A stretch of DNA of 64,000 nucleotides from a virus (taxonomy: Duplodnaviria; Caudoviricetes). Positions 1 through 9,615 of this stretch are shown here, in pieces (within the stretch, counting starts at the first letter, position 1; each line of letters starts with the position of its first letter). The position numbers and the translations under genes are program-made. Below the pieces are notes generated by a model. The model saw only the letters and a program-made list of their open reading frames with translations. It ran no database searches and was not told where the DNA came from. The stretch is taken from the IMG/VR virus record IMGVR_UViG_2706795719_000001, positions 32,001 through 96,000 of that record, one strand, 5' to 3'.

Positions 1-269
1 GAACCATATAGATTCATGTAATGAACAGGAATAATACAATCAACATGTTGACTTAAAGCGTTATCAATCCAATGTTTTGAATACTGTTCTTTTTGTTCAA
101 TAGTTAAATCATCTTTAGAAACTGTTATTCCATTTAATATAGCGAACATAACATTTTCAGAATTTTCTTTATAAGAATCTGCTAATTTTTTAACAGATTC
201 CCAGTCTTGATTCATCCATGCTAGTTCATGTTCATTTAAATCAGGTTCGTCTTCAAATAAATTATACAT
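1..269 (-). CDS. 62: Clamp loader small subunit gp62 (5' part; runs off window)
   Basis: Manual translation from ATG at 269: MYNLFEDEPDLNEHELAWMNQDWESVKKLADSYKE, resembles T4 gp62 N-terminus; directly follows gene 44. Confidence 0.9.
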   Translation of the reverse strand, partial: MYNLFEDEPDLNEHELAWMNQDWESVKKLADSYKENSENVMFAILNGITVSKDDLTIEQKEQYSKHWIDNALSQHVDCIIPVHYMNLYG

Positions 270-1224
270 TCCATGTTAATCCTACTGCTAAACTTACGAA
301 TGTGGACATTAATAAAAGTTCTGTATTAGATGCTAATCCAAAAAACTTATTTGCATCACCAACAGTTTCATACATATGAACAACACCCACAGGTTTTAAT
401 AACGGATATAATTCATTAGCTAATTGGAGAATAAATGTTTTAAAATCTGGCGCGTATTTAATGGCTAATACACGAAGATCTTTTATATTTTTTGTTTGTA
501 ATGCAGTAATAACATCGTCAAGTTGTGATTTCTTATCAACAATACGTCCTAAAATACCTGTGTCAATTTTACCATTGACAGAATAAATATCAAGCTCATT
601 TACAGTTTTACGTAAATCAGGAAAATTTTGTTTTACCAAATGGGCTAAAATTTTAATATCTTCTACTTCAATATTTTCTGCTTTACAAATTTCTACACAA
701 CGTTTAATCATATCACGCATCATAGAAATTTTATCTTCATCAGAAGGGTCTGTAAATTTTATAACACGAGCACGTGATTGCAATGGTTTAATTATACCGT
801 CTAAATTATTAGCAGTTATAATAATAGAGCAGTTTTTCGAATATGTTTCCATAAATGAGCGTAAATGACGTTGTGCATCACCTAAACCTGCACGGTCAAA
901 TTCGTCAATAATAATAATTTTATTTCTTCCTTCTAAAGAACCTGAAGAAGCAAATGGAGTTAATTGAGTACGAATAAAATCGATTTTACAATCAGCCCCA
1001 TTAACAAACATATATTCAGAATTTGTTTGTTTTGCTAAAATTAAAGCCGTAGTCGTTTTACCCGTTCCTGGACTTGGAGATGTTAAAATTAAATGTGGAA
1101 TACGGCCCTTTTTAATAAGGGCATTAAACGTTTCTTTATCATGTTTAGGTAAAATACATTCATCAATTGTTTGAGGGCGATATTTCTGCTCAAACATAAA
1201 CTCGTCTTTATTAATAGAAATCAT
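262..1224 (-). CDS. 44: Clamp loader AAA+ subunit gp44
   Basis: EQKYRP, SPSPGTGKTT Walker A, IIIDEFD, LQSR; synteny. Confidence 0.97.
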   Translation of the reverse strand: MISINKDEFMFEQKYRPQTIDECILPKHDKETFNALIKKGRIPHLILTSPSPGTGKTTTALILAKQTNSEYMFVNGADCKIDFIRTQLTPFASSGSLEGRNKIIIIDEFDRAGLGDAQRHLRSFMETYSKNCSIIITANNLDGIIKPLQSRARVIKFTDPSDEDKISMMRDMIKRCVEICKAENIEVEDIKILAHLVKQNFPDLRKTVNELDIYSVNGKIDTGILGRIVDKKSQLDDVITALQTKNIKDLRVLAIKYAPDFKTFILQLANELYPLLKPVGVVHMYETVGDANKFFGLASNTELLLMSTFVSLAVGLTWNV

Positions 1225-1238
1225 AATATTAATTTACC

Positions 1239-1919
1239 TTAAAATGTGTGATTAGATTCTTGTTCCAGCACAATTACATATTTAAATGTAGGTGTTTCAA
1301 ATTTAATAGCACCTTTACTAGAAATCATAATTTTATAATCTGCCATTAGTACTTTCATATTATTCATATTAATGACAAATTTAAATGTTTCTGAAGATTC
1401 CCATTCACAGACTTCAATAGAAAATAACACTTTTTCTAAATTAGCGTCAACAGCTTTATTGTAACCATTAATAACAATTTTATTATCTAATGATTCAATG
1501 GCAATAGTATCTGCACCAACAGCTCGAGTCATTTTTGTAATTTGTTGTAGATCTTCAGCTTTCAATTCAAAAATTACGTCTGCTACTGGAAATCCAATAG
1601 GGTTTTTAGGAACTACGATAGTACTTAAATCTGCTGTTGCAAAAAACACTTCTGTACGGTCATTTTTAATTACAGCAACTCGTTCTTGTTCATTATGGGT
1701 AATAGTTGCGTCTTCACCAACTAAGGCTAAAATATTTAAAAAACCCGGCAAATCATAAATAGGCATTTCTGAATCAATTTCATCTGCGATAGTTGCATCA
1801 GCATAAACAGTTTTATTAATTGCACGTGTCATAATGAAATTACCTGGTTTTAAAACAATACCCGGATTAATTGCACTAAAATTTTTAAGAATGGTTAAAG
1901 TATCTTTACTAAATTTCAT
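1239..1919 (-). CDS. 45: Sliding clamp gp45
   Basis: MKFSKDTLTILKNFSAINPGI matches T4 gp45 N-terminus; 226 aa. Confidence 0.97.
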   Translation of the reverse strand: MKFSKDTLTILKNFSAINPGIVLKPGNFIMTRAINKTVYADATIADEIDSEMPIYDLPGFLNILALVGEDATITHNEQERVAVIKNDRTEVFFATADLSTIVVPKNPIGFPVADVIFELKAEDLQQITKMTRAVGADTIAIESLDNKIVINGYNKAVDANLEKVLFSIEVCEWESSETFKFVINMNNMKVLMADYKIMISSKGAIKFETPTFKYVIVLEQESNHTF

Positions 1920-1928
1920 TATATTACC

Positions 1929-2255
1929 TTATTTGATTGTTTCAATTACAGAAAGAGCAGCTTTTAATAATAATTCTGTAGTATCAATTTGGAATTTTTC
2001 TTCAAGAATATCTGTTCCAGGAATAAGTTTTGCACCATTTTTGATAGCTTCTTCTTTATGGGCTTTCATTAACTTAATATATTCTTTTGATACATCAGAA
2101 TCAATAGACCTATAAAAACTAAATTTGGTTTCTTTTGGAAGAGATTTTAATTTAGATTTTTTAGATTCTGGTAATTGCGATACCCATGCTTGACGAATTG
2201 CATTTTTAAAATCTTTATCTTTTAATTTAGTTTCTTTAATCATATACATCCTCAA
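1929..2255 (-). CDS. rpbA: RNA polymerase-binding protein RpbA
   Basis: FKNAIRQAWVSQL motif; position between 45 and 45.2. Confidence 0.85.
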   Translation of the reverse strand: MRMYMIKETKLKDKDFKNAIRQAWVSQLPESKKSKLKSLPKETKFSFYRSIDSDVSKEYIKLMKAHKEEAIKNGAKLIPGTDILEEKFQIDTTELLLKAALSVIETIK

Positions 2256-2418
2256 CAGTCCAATAATTGTGTCTGTTATTCATTATTTTAGGAAGTTCGT
2301 CTCCGAACTTCTCTTCAAGTTGTTGTTTTGTAACCAGTATTATATCATCTGTATATCTATTGCAAAGATAATATTTTTTAATTTCTGGATAAGTTTCTAA
2401 ATCTGTAAATAAACTCAT
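2236..2418 (-). CDS. 45.2: gp45.2-like small conserved protein
   Basis: Size and synteny between rpbA and 46. Confidence 0.65.
   Translation of the reverse strand: MSLFTDLETYPEIKKYYLCNRYTDDIILVTKQQLEEKFGDELPKIMNNRHNYWTVEDVYD
2339..2365 (-). promoter_or_regulatory. Putative middle promoter for rpbA (variant MotA box)
   Basis: TTGCAATA-13 bp-TATAAT on minus strand. Confidence 0.45.
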
Positions 2419-4100
2419 TGTTCTTCTTTAATTGTAAATCGACCAATTTTATTCATTATAATATGACGGTCATAATCTTGTGGATTATGGTCACTATGTG
2501 AAATAATAAACACATTATGGTCTTCCATAGAATTAAGAATTGACATTATTCCTTTAGAGGCTTCAGAGTCCATACTACCGTCAAAAACTTCATCTAAAAA
2601 TAATGTTTTTATATTAACACCAGATATCATTGATGCAATGTCATGCCAAGTAAATAAAATAGCAGAATCTATTCTTGCTTTTTCACCTTCACTAAACGAA
2701 AAATAAGAAAATGTTTCTCGTCCACGAGACTTAATGGTTTCTGCAAATTCTTCATTTAAAGTGACTTGGTAATCTGCGCCTAATTTAGCTAAATGTTTAT
2801 TCAATTGCTTATTAAACAAAGGAATATATTTAGAAATTATAGCTCCTTTAATACCAGTATCTTTTAACATATCTGTTAAAATACCTCTATGATATTTTTC
2901 CATAACCATATCGGTTTTAAGTTTAACAATTTTATCAAGATCTTTTAGTAAAGCTTCAATTTTATCAGAATTATCAATTTTTTCTTTAGATGCTTGCTCT
3001 ATTGCTTCATTTAATCTATCAATATTACTTGTTGATTTGAGTATTAAATCAGTAAGGGTTTTTATTTCCATATTGATTTCGGATATTTTTTGTTCTTGAC
3101 GTTTAAACATGTTTAGTTTTTGTTCAACGTCTTTAGACATATCTGAAAGCTTAATTAAAGCCTTATCACATTTTGCAATAGATTCTTTAATCATTGGAAC
3201 TTTAGATGTCCCTTGGAGTTCCTGCATACAACTGGGACAACTCCCGCCTCTATCGTATAAAGAAATAACTCTTGAGTAATTTTCTTTTTCAGTTTTAACT
3301 TTAGAAATAGCCTGAACTATTTTTGTCATAGAACTTTGTGGGTTATCACCAAGAACAATAGTCTTCAATTCTTCTTGTAGTCTGGATATTTTTGCTTTTG
3401 ATTCTGATATATCAAGTAGCTGTTTATCTTTTAACTCTTGGTAACGGTCAATGTTAGCAGATGACAATTTCTCTTGCGATTCTGCAAAATCTTTTTGTGC
3501 TTTTAATTGTGCATCCAAAGAATCTTTTTTAGCATCTATAATAGCAAGTTTTTGGTTTATTTCACGGATATAAGATTTATTAAGTTTATCCATGATTCCT
3601 AGTGTATTTACGTTTAAAAGATCTTCTACTAATTTTCTCCGTTCAGGGGTCTTTTGTTGCATAAAAGGGACAAACCCGGCAGTACCAAGAACAATTGTGT
3701 TTTTAAATGTTTCCATATTCATTCCAATCATTAATTCAAATTTTTCTTGGAAATCTTTTACAGAAGCATCTTCATCTAAAGGCTTATCATTAACCTTTAT
3801 TTCAAACACATTAGGTTTTTGTCCGCGTTTAACAAAATATTCATCAGAACCATATTTAAACCATAACTCGACTATTAAGTCTTTTTTATTAAAAGAATTA
3901 ATTAGCATTCCTTTTTTAATAGGTCTAAATGGTTTACCAAATAATGCAAAACAAATTGCTTCTAACATGGTGCTTTTACCAGCGCCATTTTTGCCAGTAA
4001 TCAATGTTTTATGATGTTGGTCTAATACAATATCTATAGGAGCTTGTCCAACAGATAATATATTCTTATATTTTACCCTAATTAATTTAAATTCTTTCAT
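2415..4100 (-). CDS. 46: Recombination nuclease ATPase subunit gp46 (Rad50/SbcC-like)
   Basis: GKNGAGKS, CPSC zinc hook, FSEGEKARID signature, LDEVFD. Confidence 0.97.
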   Translation of the reverse strand: MKEFKLIRVKYKNILSVGQAPIDIVLDQHHKTLITGKNGAGKSTMLEAICFALFGKPFRPIKKGMLINSFNKKDLIVELWFKYGSDEYFVKRGQKPNVFEIKVNDKPLDEDASVKDFQEKFELMIGMNMETFKNTIVLGTAGFVPFMQQKTPERRKLVEDLLNVNTLGIMDKLNKSYIREINQKLAIIDAKKDSLDAQLKAQKDFAESQEKLSSANIDRYQELKDKQLLDISESKAKISRLQEELKTIVLGDNPQSSMTKIVQAISKVKTEKENYSRVISLYDRGGSCPSCMQELQGTSKVPMIKESIAKCDKALIKLSDMSKDVEQKLNMFKRQEQKISEINMEIKTLTDLILKSTSNIDRLNEAIEQASKEKIDNSDKIEALLKDLDKIVKLKTDMVMEKYHRGILTDMLKDTGIKGAIISKYIPLFNKQLNKHLAKLGADYQVTLNEEFAETIKSRGRETFSYFSFSEGEKARIDSAILFTWHDIASMISGVNIKTLFLDEVFDGSMDSEASKGIMSILNSMEDHNVFIISHSDHNPQDYDRHIIMNKIGRFTIKEEQ

Positions 4101-5134
4101 TATGAATTAACCGATTCCACGTGAAGGCTTAAGGCATACTTAAACAAGATTTCTTTCTCTTCATCAGATATACCGTCTATTGCATTAATGTATTCTCGGA
4201 TTATTGTTTCTAAACTTTCTACGATAATATCTTCTGAATCATCTACATCAGGTCCTTGGACATTATTCTTAGAAACAATTTTTAAAGAGTGCACAACAGA
4301 TTCTAATTTTGATTCAAACTCTGTAAAATTGTCATCCATTTTATTAACAATAACACGGACAGCAATATCTTTATAATCATCAGGATTAATATCAGATGGA
4401 TATTGAATCCGTTGATGCCACATTGTTTTGTTCTGAACAAACTTGGTTGTATGGTCTTTTGGATTAAATATCCATACACCTCTAGGGTCGTCCTCATCGC
4501 CGGCAGTAATTGAATACGGCGTACCAATATATAATACATTACCTGCTTCAGAAATTGTATGGAAGTGCCCTGAGTAAACTTTATCATATTTTTTTAAGAA
4601 ATCTGGTTCTAGACCATGAGACTTCATCCCTTTATAAAAATAGAATCCATTTAATTCCCAGTGCCCTATACAAATTTTAGCATTAGAACTTTTAATATGG
4701 TCTAAGATTTCTTTTGTATTTTCTTCACACATCCATGGGATTAAATCAATTAAAACACCTTCTATTTCTACTGTGGTTGGTTTATCATAAATTGTAACAT
4801 TGCTGTGCTTAGATAATAACTCAGATACAGAGTTGGGATGAATTTTATTTTTGAAATGTAAATCATGATTACCGATAATCACGTGTAAGTTAATTCCGGC
4901 TTTTTTAAATTCATTTACGTTTTCTCTAGAAAATTCCATTGTGACATGAGTGATTGCTTTTCTAACATCAAACCAATCACCAAATTGAATAATTTCTGTG
5001 ATTCCATTTAGTTTACAGACTTCTATTACTTGTTTAACTGAATCTCTTTGGATATTTTGAATCCAAGGGTCGTCTTTAGCGACCCCATAATGTAAATCAC
5101 CCATAAATAAAATCATCATAATATCCTTTGTCAA
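4100..5134 (-). CDS. 47: Recombination nuclease subunit gp47 (Mre11/SbcD-like)
   Basis: GDLH, GDWFD, GNHD, GHWE, SGHFH metallophosphoesterase motifs; true start may be a few codons downstream. Confidence 0.96.
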   Translation of the reverse strand: MTKDIMMILFMGDLHYGVAKDDPWIQNIQRDSVKQVIEVCKLNGITEIIQFGDWFDVRKAITHVTMEFSRENVNEFKKAGINLHVIIGNHDLHFKNKIHPNSVSELLSKHSNVTIYDKPTTVEIEGVLIDLIPWMCEENTKEILDHIKSSNAKICIGHWELNGFYFYKGMKSHGLEPDFLKKYDKVYSGHFHTISEAGNVLYIGTPYSITAGDEDDPRGVWIFNPKDHTTKFVQNKTMWHQRIQYPSDINPDDYKDIAVRVIVNKMDDNFTEFESKLESVVHSLKIVSKNNVQGPDVDDSEDIIVESLETIIREYINAIDGISDEEKEILFKYALSLHVESVNS

Positions 5135-5320
5135 TTAAAAATTATACCATTTTTTAATTCTAGCAGAATCTGCAATAACTTCTTCGTATCCATCAAATTT
5201 ATATACTTCACCACTGCCAACCTTTCTAGCAGAGGTTTTTGTTAATTTAACATAGAATGAATTAGCAAATTCAAACATAGTATCTGTTTTGAGTTTTTTA
5301 AATGTTGATGTCTGTATCAT
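5135..5320 (-). CDS. a-gt.3-like small conserved protein
   Basis: Synteny between 47 and 55; ATG at 5320 overlaps end of upstream gene. Confidence 0.55.
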   Translation of the reverse strand: MIQTSTFKKLKTDTMFEFANSFYVKLTKTSARKVGSGEVYKFDGYEEVIADSARIKKWYNF

Positions 5321-5624
5321 TTTCTTTGGCTTCTTCAATTATTTTAAACATAGCTTTACGAGAGGTTTCATAACAATATTCTAGAACACCATGTTCTGTA
5401 GATTGTTTATAAATCTTACGTAATTTGCCTAAAGCGTAAATAAATTGTTCTTTATTTCCACTTAATAAAGATTCTTCGTATAAAGTTTTTAATCGATTAA
5501 TTTCTCGTTTGTTCTTTTTAAGAATCTTTTCTGCTCGTTTTTCAGCTTCGGCTTGAAGTCTTTTTTCATATTTTTCTACATCAGGGTCAATACTATCATT
5601 GGTAATTTCTTTAGATTCATTCAT
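5298..5624 (-). CDS. a-gt.4: a-gt.4-like conserved protein
   Basis: AEKILKKNKREINRLK...LRKIYKQ motif; synteny. Confidence 0.75.
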   Translation of the reverse strand: MNESKEITNDSIDPDVEKYEKRLQAEAEKRAEKILKKNKREINRLKTLYEESLLSGNKEQFIYALGKLRKIYKQSTEHGVLEYCYETSRKAMFKIIEEAKENDTDINI

Positions 5625-5856
5625 TATCAGTCCACTCAAATTCTAAGTATAAATTAAAATCCTCTATAGTGTATGAATGATTAAATACTCCCTGTTTTAC
5701 GGAAATATCTTCATCATATACATTAATAGGATCAATTATCACAGGGATATTATAATATTCTTTTAAAAAAAGCTTAATTAAATACGGTATTGCGTTTATA
5801 TCGTTATATTCTTCAATCAATGGTGTTAGATTGAGTTTCTTCTTCAAGTAATTCAT
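5617..5856 (-). CDS. a-gt.5: a-gt.5-like conserved protein
   Basis: [22 protein letters not shown]; immediately downstream of 55; ATG at 5856 preferred. Confidence 0.7.
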   Translation of the reverse strand: MNYLKKKLNLTPLIEEYNDINAIPYLIKLFLKEYYNIPVIIDPINVYDEDISVKQGVFNHSYTIEDFNLYLEFEWTDNE

Positions 5857-6364
5857 AAAAATCATCCAATGTAGGTCCTGTATCACTAGTCTTTTTAGAC
5901 CCACTAGATTTAACAGAACTTTCATAAGAAGTTAATTTGTCATATATGTCCTGTATAAAAGTTTCATCAGCAATTTGTGTTAAATCACTATCAAACTCAT
6001 CATATACATTATGGACAAAATAGCTATATTTTATTGCCATTTCTTTTCGTTCTTTTTTAATTCGTTGAACGAAGGCATTAAAACAAGCCATAGTGATGTA
6101 AGCATGTGGATTATTATATTTAGTTTCGTCAAAGCCATATAAACCTTTTATTGTGGCTTCAATCCCATCCCAATACATTTCTTGTTTCCAAGCAGCTGTA
6201 TATCCAGAAAAATTATATCGATTAGAAAGACCTTCAGCTATAAGCATAATAGCTCGTCCTATAGAATCAGGAATTTTAACTTGATGTCCCGCTTTATAAC
6301 ATTTTTGTTTCCAATCACAAATCTCTTTATATAATTCTTTATTGTTAATATAATTATTCATCAA
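5813..6364 (-). CDS. 55: Late transcription sigma factor gp55
   Basis: [43 protein letters not shown]. Confidence 0.98.
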   Translation of the reverse strand: MMNNYINNKELYKEICDWKQKCYKAGHQVKIPDSIGRAIMLIAEGLSNRYNFSGYTAAWKQEMYWDGIEATIKGLYGFDETKYNNPHAYITMACFNAFVQRIKKERKEMAIKYSYFVHNVYDEFDSDLTQIADETFIQDIYDKLTSYESSVKSSGSKKTSDTGPTLDDFYELLEEETQSNTID

Positions 6365-6378
6365 GAACCTCCAAGTTA

Positions 6379-6405
6379 ATTATATACAAAAATAATATTT
6401 TGCAT
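6379..6405 (-). promoter_or_regulatory. Putative middle promoter of gene 55 (variant MotA box)
   Basis: ATGCAAAA-13 bp-TATAAT upstream of GGAGG RBS. Confidence 0.4.
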
Positions 6406-6411
6406 TTGCAA

Positions 6412-6432
6412 TCAAGGAGCGAAGCTCCTTGA
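6412..6432. other. GNA-triloop hairpin TCAAGGAGC-GAA-GCTCCTTGA
   Basis: Perfect 9-bp stem with GCGAAGC core; same core design at 38107-38125. Confidence 0.85.
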
Positions 6433-6461
6433 AATTCTTTATTATTAAGTTCTTTATATTA

Positions 6462-6573
6462 TATATAACTATTAAGTAATAAATTAATAACTATAGTAAA
6501 CTATTTTATTAAAAGTATAGTATATTCTATATAACTATTAAGTAATAAATTAATAACTATAGTAAACTATTTT
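6462..6573. repeat. AT-rich direct repeat, locus 1 (2 x 46 bp, 66-bp period)
   Basis: tatataactattaagtaataaattaataactatagtaaactatttt at 6462-6507 and 6528-6573; 6502-6558 identical to 38024-38080 and 38146-38202. Confidence 0.95.
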
Positions 6574-7988
6574 CTAATATATTCTATCCAGTCTTTTACT
6601 ATTTTTTGGTCTTCTTCATTTTCAGGATCTAGTTTTCTTCCTAGTTTTCTTAACAAATACATATATCGATATTTTTCTTTATCTGTCATTTGATACTGTT
6701 TTTGAAATGAGATTCTTTTTCTAGTTTGTTTTATTTTAGGCACTTTTAACATATAGTCAGTACATATAGTCGAATTTTTAAAATACCTTTCTTTTATGTA
6801 TTTTGCTAATCTCATATCAGGAACAAATAAATTAACTTTTTTGTTACTTTTATTAACCCTAATATTTGTTCTGGCACATAATTGGAAAGCTGGTTCTAAA
6901 TATTTAGATACAATATATGCATCCACTAATTCGTCTTCTTCTAATCCTGCCGATAATGACAATTCTTTTAAAATAGGAATTTGCCATGGCAAAGGATTAA
7001 AACTAAACATCACCACAACGTTCCTGTAATCAGTGTAGGAGTTTAATCCGTGTGGATTATATGGAACTTCAAGTCCTTTATTAAAACGTGCCCTGTATGA
7101 ATTCCTGGTGTATATAAATGGTTCGTCACCAATCAAACCATCAAGAATATTTTTTATTCTTGAATAATTGGTTAAGCCATTGACTTCTTTATCTGCATTA
7201 TGTTTAGACCAAGAATTTTCAAACATCACATTTATTTGTATTCTTGATGTATTAGAATATTCTTTAAATACCAGTTTGTCTTCTAATGGTGATTTTACAA
7301 AATCCCACTTATTAAAGTACTTAAGAATTTTACCAGTAAATGTGTCTTCTATATTTGCTGCAGAAATAGTTACCTTATCAAATACTTCCCAATCTTTACT
7401 AGAAACATCATTAATAAAATAACATGTTGCGCCTGTCTCAGTTTTAGATATCTTTGTTGGAATACCTTGTAATAAAGCTTTATATAGAGGAAGTAAACTC
7501 ACACAGATATCATCTAATTGATTGAGACCTTGTAATGCTAATTCTTCAACTTCTTCTTTATATTTTTCATTTAAAACTAAATCTGATAATCCTTCTCCAA
7601 TAGGCATACAGAATTTGAGTATTTCATCTAGATTGTGTGAAAACACAAATTTATTAAATGATACTAATTCTGGGACTTCGTCAATATATAAACTAAAGCC
7701 ATTAAATTTACTAAAGTCTGTAATAGATAATAAAGCAGAATGTGTTATGAAAATAACATCAGATTTGGTTTCTTCTATAGCTTTACTAACAGATTTAGAC
7801 CCGAGTTTATTGTCAGAATCAATCAATACCCCTTTTCCGCCCAACGAGCAAAAATAATCAAAGGACTGCTTAGATAAAAGCCTCGATATCGAGGCTATAA
7901 TTGATTTTTCTTTATTATTGACAATATGTTCTACAATAGCTTTAGTCTTTCCAGCGGCTGGGATTGCTTTTAAGACTTCGATTTTCAT
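6567..7988 (-). CDS. SF2 helicase-like protein, candidate origin-binding/initiator protein
   Basis: Motif I AIPAAGKT, Ia IASISRLLSKQ, Ib ITHSAL, II YIDEV, III SAAN, V HGLNSY, VI QLCARTNIR; basic C-terminal tail; no T4 counterpart at this locus. Confidence 0.7.
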   Translation of the reverse strand: MKIEVLKAIPAAGKTKAIVEHIVNNKEKSIIASISRLLSKQSFDYFCSLGGKGVLIDSDNKLGSKSVSKAIEETKSDVIFITHSALLSITDFSKFNGFSLYIDEVPELVSFNKFVFSHNLDEILKFCMPIGEGLSDLVLNEKYKEEVEELALQGLNQLDDICVSLLPLYKALLQGIPTKISKTETGATCYFINDVSSKDWEVFDKVTISAANIEDTFTGKILKYFNKWDFVKSPLEDKLVFKEYSNTSRIQINVMFENSWSKHNADKEVNGLTNYSRIKNILDGLIGDEPFIYTRNSYRARFNKGLEVPYNPHGLNSYTDYRNVVVMFSFNPLPWQIPILKELSLSAGLEEDELVDAYIVSKYLEPAFQLCARTNIRVNKSNKKVNLFVPDMRLAKYIKERYFKNSTICTDYMLKVPKIKQTRKRISFQKQYQMTDKEKYRYMYLLRKLGRKLDPENEEDQKIVKDWIEYIRK

Positions 7989-8308
7989 TAATTAAATCCA
8001 TTTGCACGTAGTTTTTTGTATTTACGAATACCTTTTGTAGTAATTTCTGTAGGACCTTTAATATTAGGCTTGACACCGAACGCCTGAATACCAAAGTTAT
8101 TTAGAATTGTCTCGACCATAATTTCTCGAATACCATTTTTAGAAATCTGGTGATAATCTTTGTTGAGGGATTCATGAAGAATTTGTTCATGATTATCTAA
8201 AAATCTTGGAGTAATAATTGCATTTTCTTCTAACATTTTTTCTTCAACGATAGGGAAAATGTAGTTTTTAATTTCATTACGAAGTGCCTTACTCATAAAT
8301 ATCTCCAA
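7988..8308 (-). CDS. 55.2: gp55.2 homolog (host gyrase inhibitor in T4)
   Basis: IITPRFLD..E..LH....IREIMVETILNNFGIQAFGV aligns by eye with T4 gp55.2. Confidence 0.8.
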   Translation of the reverse strand: MEIFMSKALRNEIKNYIFPIVEEKMLEENAIITPRFLDNHEQILHESLNKDYHQISKNGIREIMVETILNNFGIQAFGVKPNIKGPTEITTKGIRKYKKLRANGFN

Positions 8309-8567
8309 TATATGATTTTAATCCAGATAAACCGCCAACTGGTTTATCGTCAATAAATATTTGTGGGTATATAATACTAAGGTTTTGTTTATTAAGCAAT
8401 TTTGCCAGTGAAACTATTGTATCTCTATGATAATCAAAACCATCTTTAGTATTATATAAAACCGGAATAAATTTATATTCTATCCCATATTCATTACATA
8501 ACCTAATAGCTTCTTTACATGAATAACAACGTCCCACTTCTTCTGGAATACCATAAATTGTTATCAT
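8289..8567 (-). CDS. nrdH: Glutaredoxin NrdH
   Basis: IYGIPEEVGRCYSC, YPQIFID. Confidence 0.9.
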   Translation of the reverse strand: MITIYGIPEEVGRCYSCKEAIRLCNEYGIEYKFIPVLYNTKDGFDYHRDTIVSLAKLLNKQNLSIIYPQIFIDDKPVGGLSGLKSYIGDIYE

Positions 8568-8809
8568 TCACTAACACTCAAAGAAAGGCTTATATTAAAC
8601 TCATGTAATTTATCAGGGCCTTGTACTTCTATTTTAGAAGTAGCCATATTTATCCAGATATATTCATATTCTATATCATGCGGAAGACCAAAAAGATTAT
8701 CTTCTTTTAATTCAGCATTTAAAAAGACCACATCTAAAAAATGGTCCCATTCTGTGACGGTGTCCCAATTTTTAATTCCTAATATATTAACTATGTGATT
8801 ACTCATACT
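8564..8809 (-). CDS. Hypothetical protein
   Basis: ORF filling the gap between nrdG and nrdH; start uncertain. Confidence 0.5.
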   Translation of the reverse strand, partial: SMSNHIVNILGIKNWDTVTEWDHFLDVVFLNAELKEDNLFGLPHDIEYEYIWINMATSKIEVQGPDKLHEFNISLSLSVSE

Positions 8810-9275
8810 CAGACCACTCATTATTAAATTTTCTATACATTTTTTGATTATCCGAACCACGAAAAGGTTTATCCGTCGGTTTAGTATAATCGTACTTTCC
8901 ATCTATAATAACATCAACATAGTCTAAAAGCTCTAATGATTCTTCAGGCAGATCATTAAATTCATATCCAGTATAAATCCAAATAGATTTTCTAGTTTCT
9001 TCCTTTACTCTTTTACAAATATTAATGGTTTCTTTTATATTAGAGCGATACAAGGGATCACCACCAGAGATAGTAAGCCCATTAATATATGGTTTATTAA
9101 CCATAGTGATTAAATATTCCAGGGTTGATTCTGTGAATTCCTGGCCATTACATGGGTTCCAAGTAGACTTATTGTAACACTGTTCACATTTATGAGAACA
9201 CCCCGTAACAAATATCACTGTTCTAAATCCTATACCGTTTAAAGAATCACATGGAATAATAGATGCATAATTCAT
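8799..9275 (-). CDS. nrdG: Anaerobic RNR activase NrdG
   Basis: Radical-SAM CSHKCEQC, GLTISGGDP, FRGSDNQ. Confidence 0.96.
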   Translation of the reverse strand: MNYASIIPCDSLNGIGFRTVIFVTGCSHKCEQCYNKSTWNPCNGQEFTESTLEYLITMVNKPYINGLTISGGDPLYRSNIKETINICKRVKEETRKSIWIYTGYEFNDLPEESLELLDYVDVIIDGKYDYTKPTDKPFRGSDNQKMYRKFNNEWSEYE

Positions 9276-9289
9276 TTTATCTCCTTAGC

Positions 9290-9310
9290 AAAAAAGGGCC
9301 GAAGCCCTTT
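9290..9310 (-). terminator. Rho-independent terminator
   Basis: AAAGGGC-TTCG-GCCCTTTTTT on minus strand. Confidence 0.85.
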
Positions 9311-9312
9311 AA

Positions 9313-9606
9313 TTAACTGTATGCATAAGCTTCATTGGATTTTTTCTTATAAACTAAATCAGTCCTTAGTGTATCATATTCTGGGTTTTCAAGCACTTTA
9401 TTTAAAATATGTCTTTTATCTGCTCTTGATAATTTAGCTTGGGCCGTTTTAACTTCGGAATCAATTCCTTTCCAACGTTTTGGTTTATCGGAATGGAAAA
9501 TATTATCTGCAACATCATTAGGGTCTTTATATGCTCTTGCTGTTCTTGAAGTTTTGTCGTAATAGCCATTATTTTTTAATGTTTTTCTTCTAACAGTTTT
9601 ACCCAT
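9313..9606 (-). CDS. 55.5: gp55.5-like basic protein
   Basis: MGKTVRRK...NIFHSDK..WKGIDSEVK...KSNEAYAYS resembles T4 55.5; here between nrdD and nrdG. Confidence 0.75.
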   Translation of the reverse strand: MGKTVRRKTLKNNGYYDKTSRTARAYKDPNDVADNIFHSDKPKRWKGIDSEVKTAQAKLSRADKRHILNKVLENPEYDTLRTDLVYKKKSNEAYAYS

Positions 9607-9615
9607 AATAATTCC

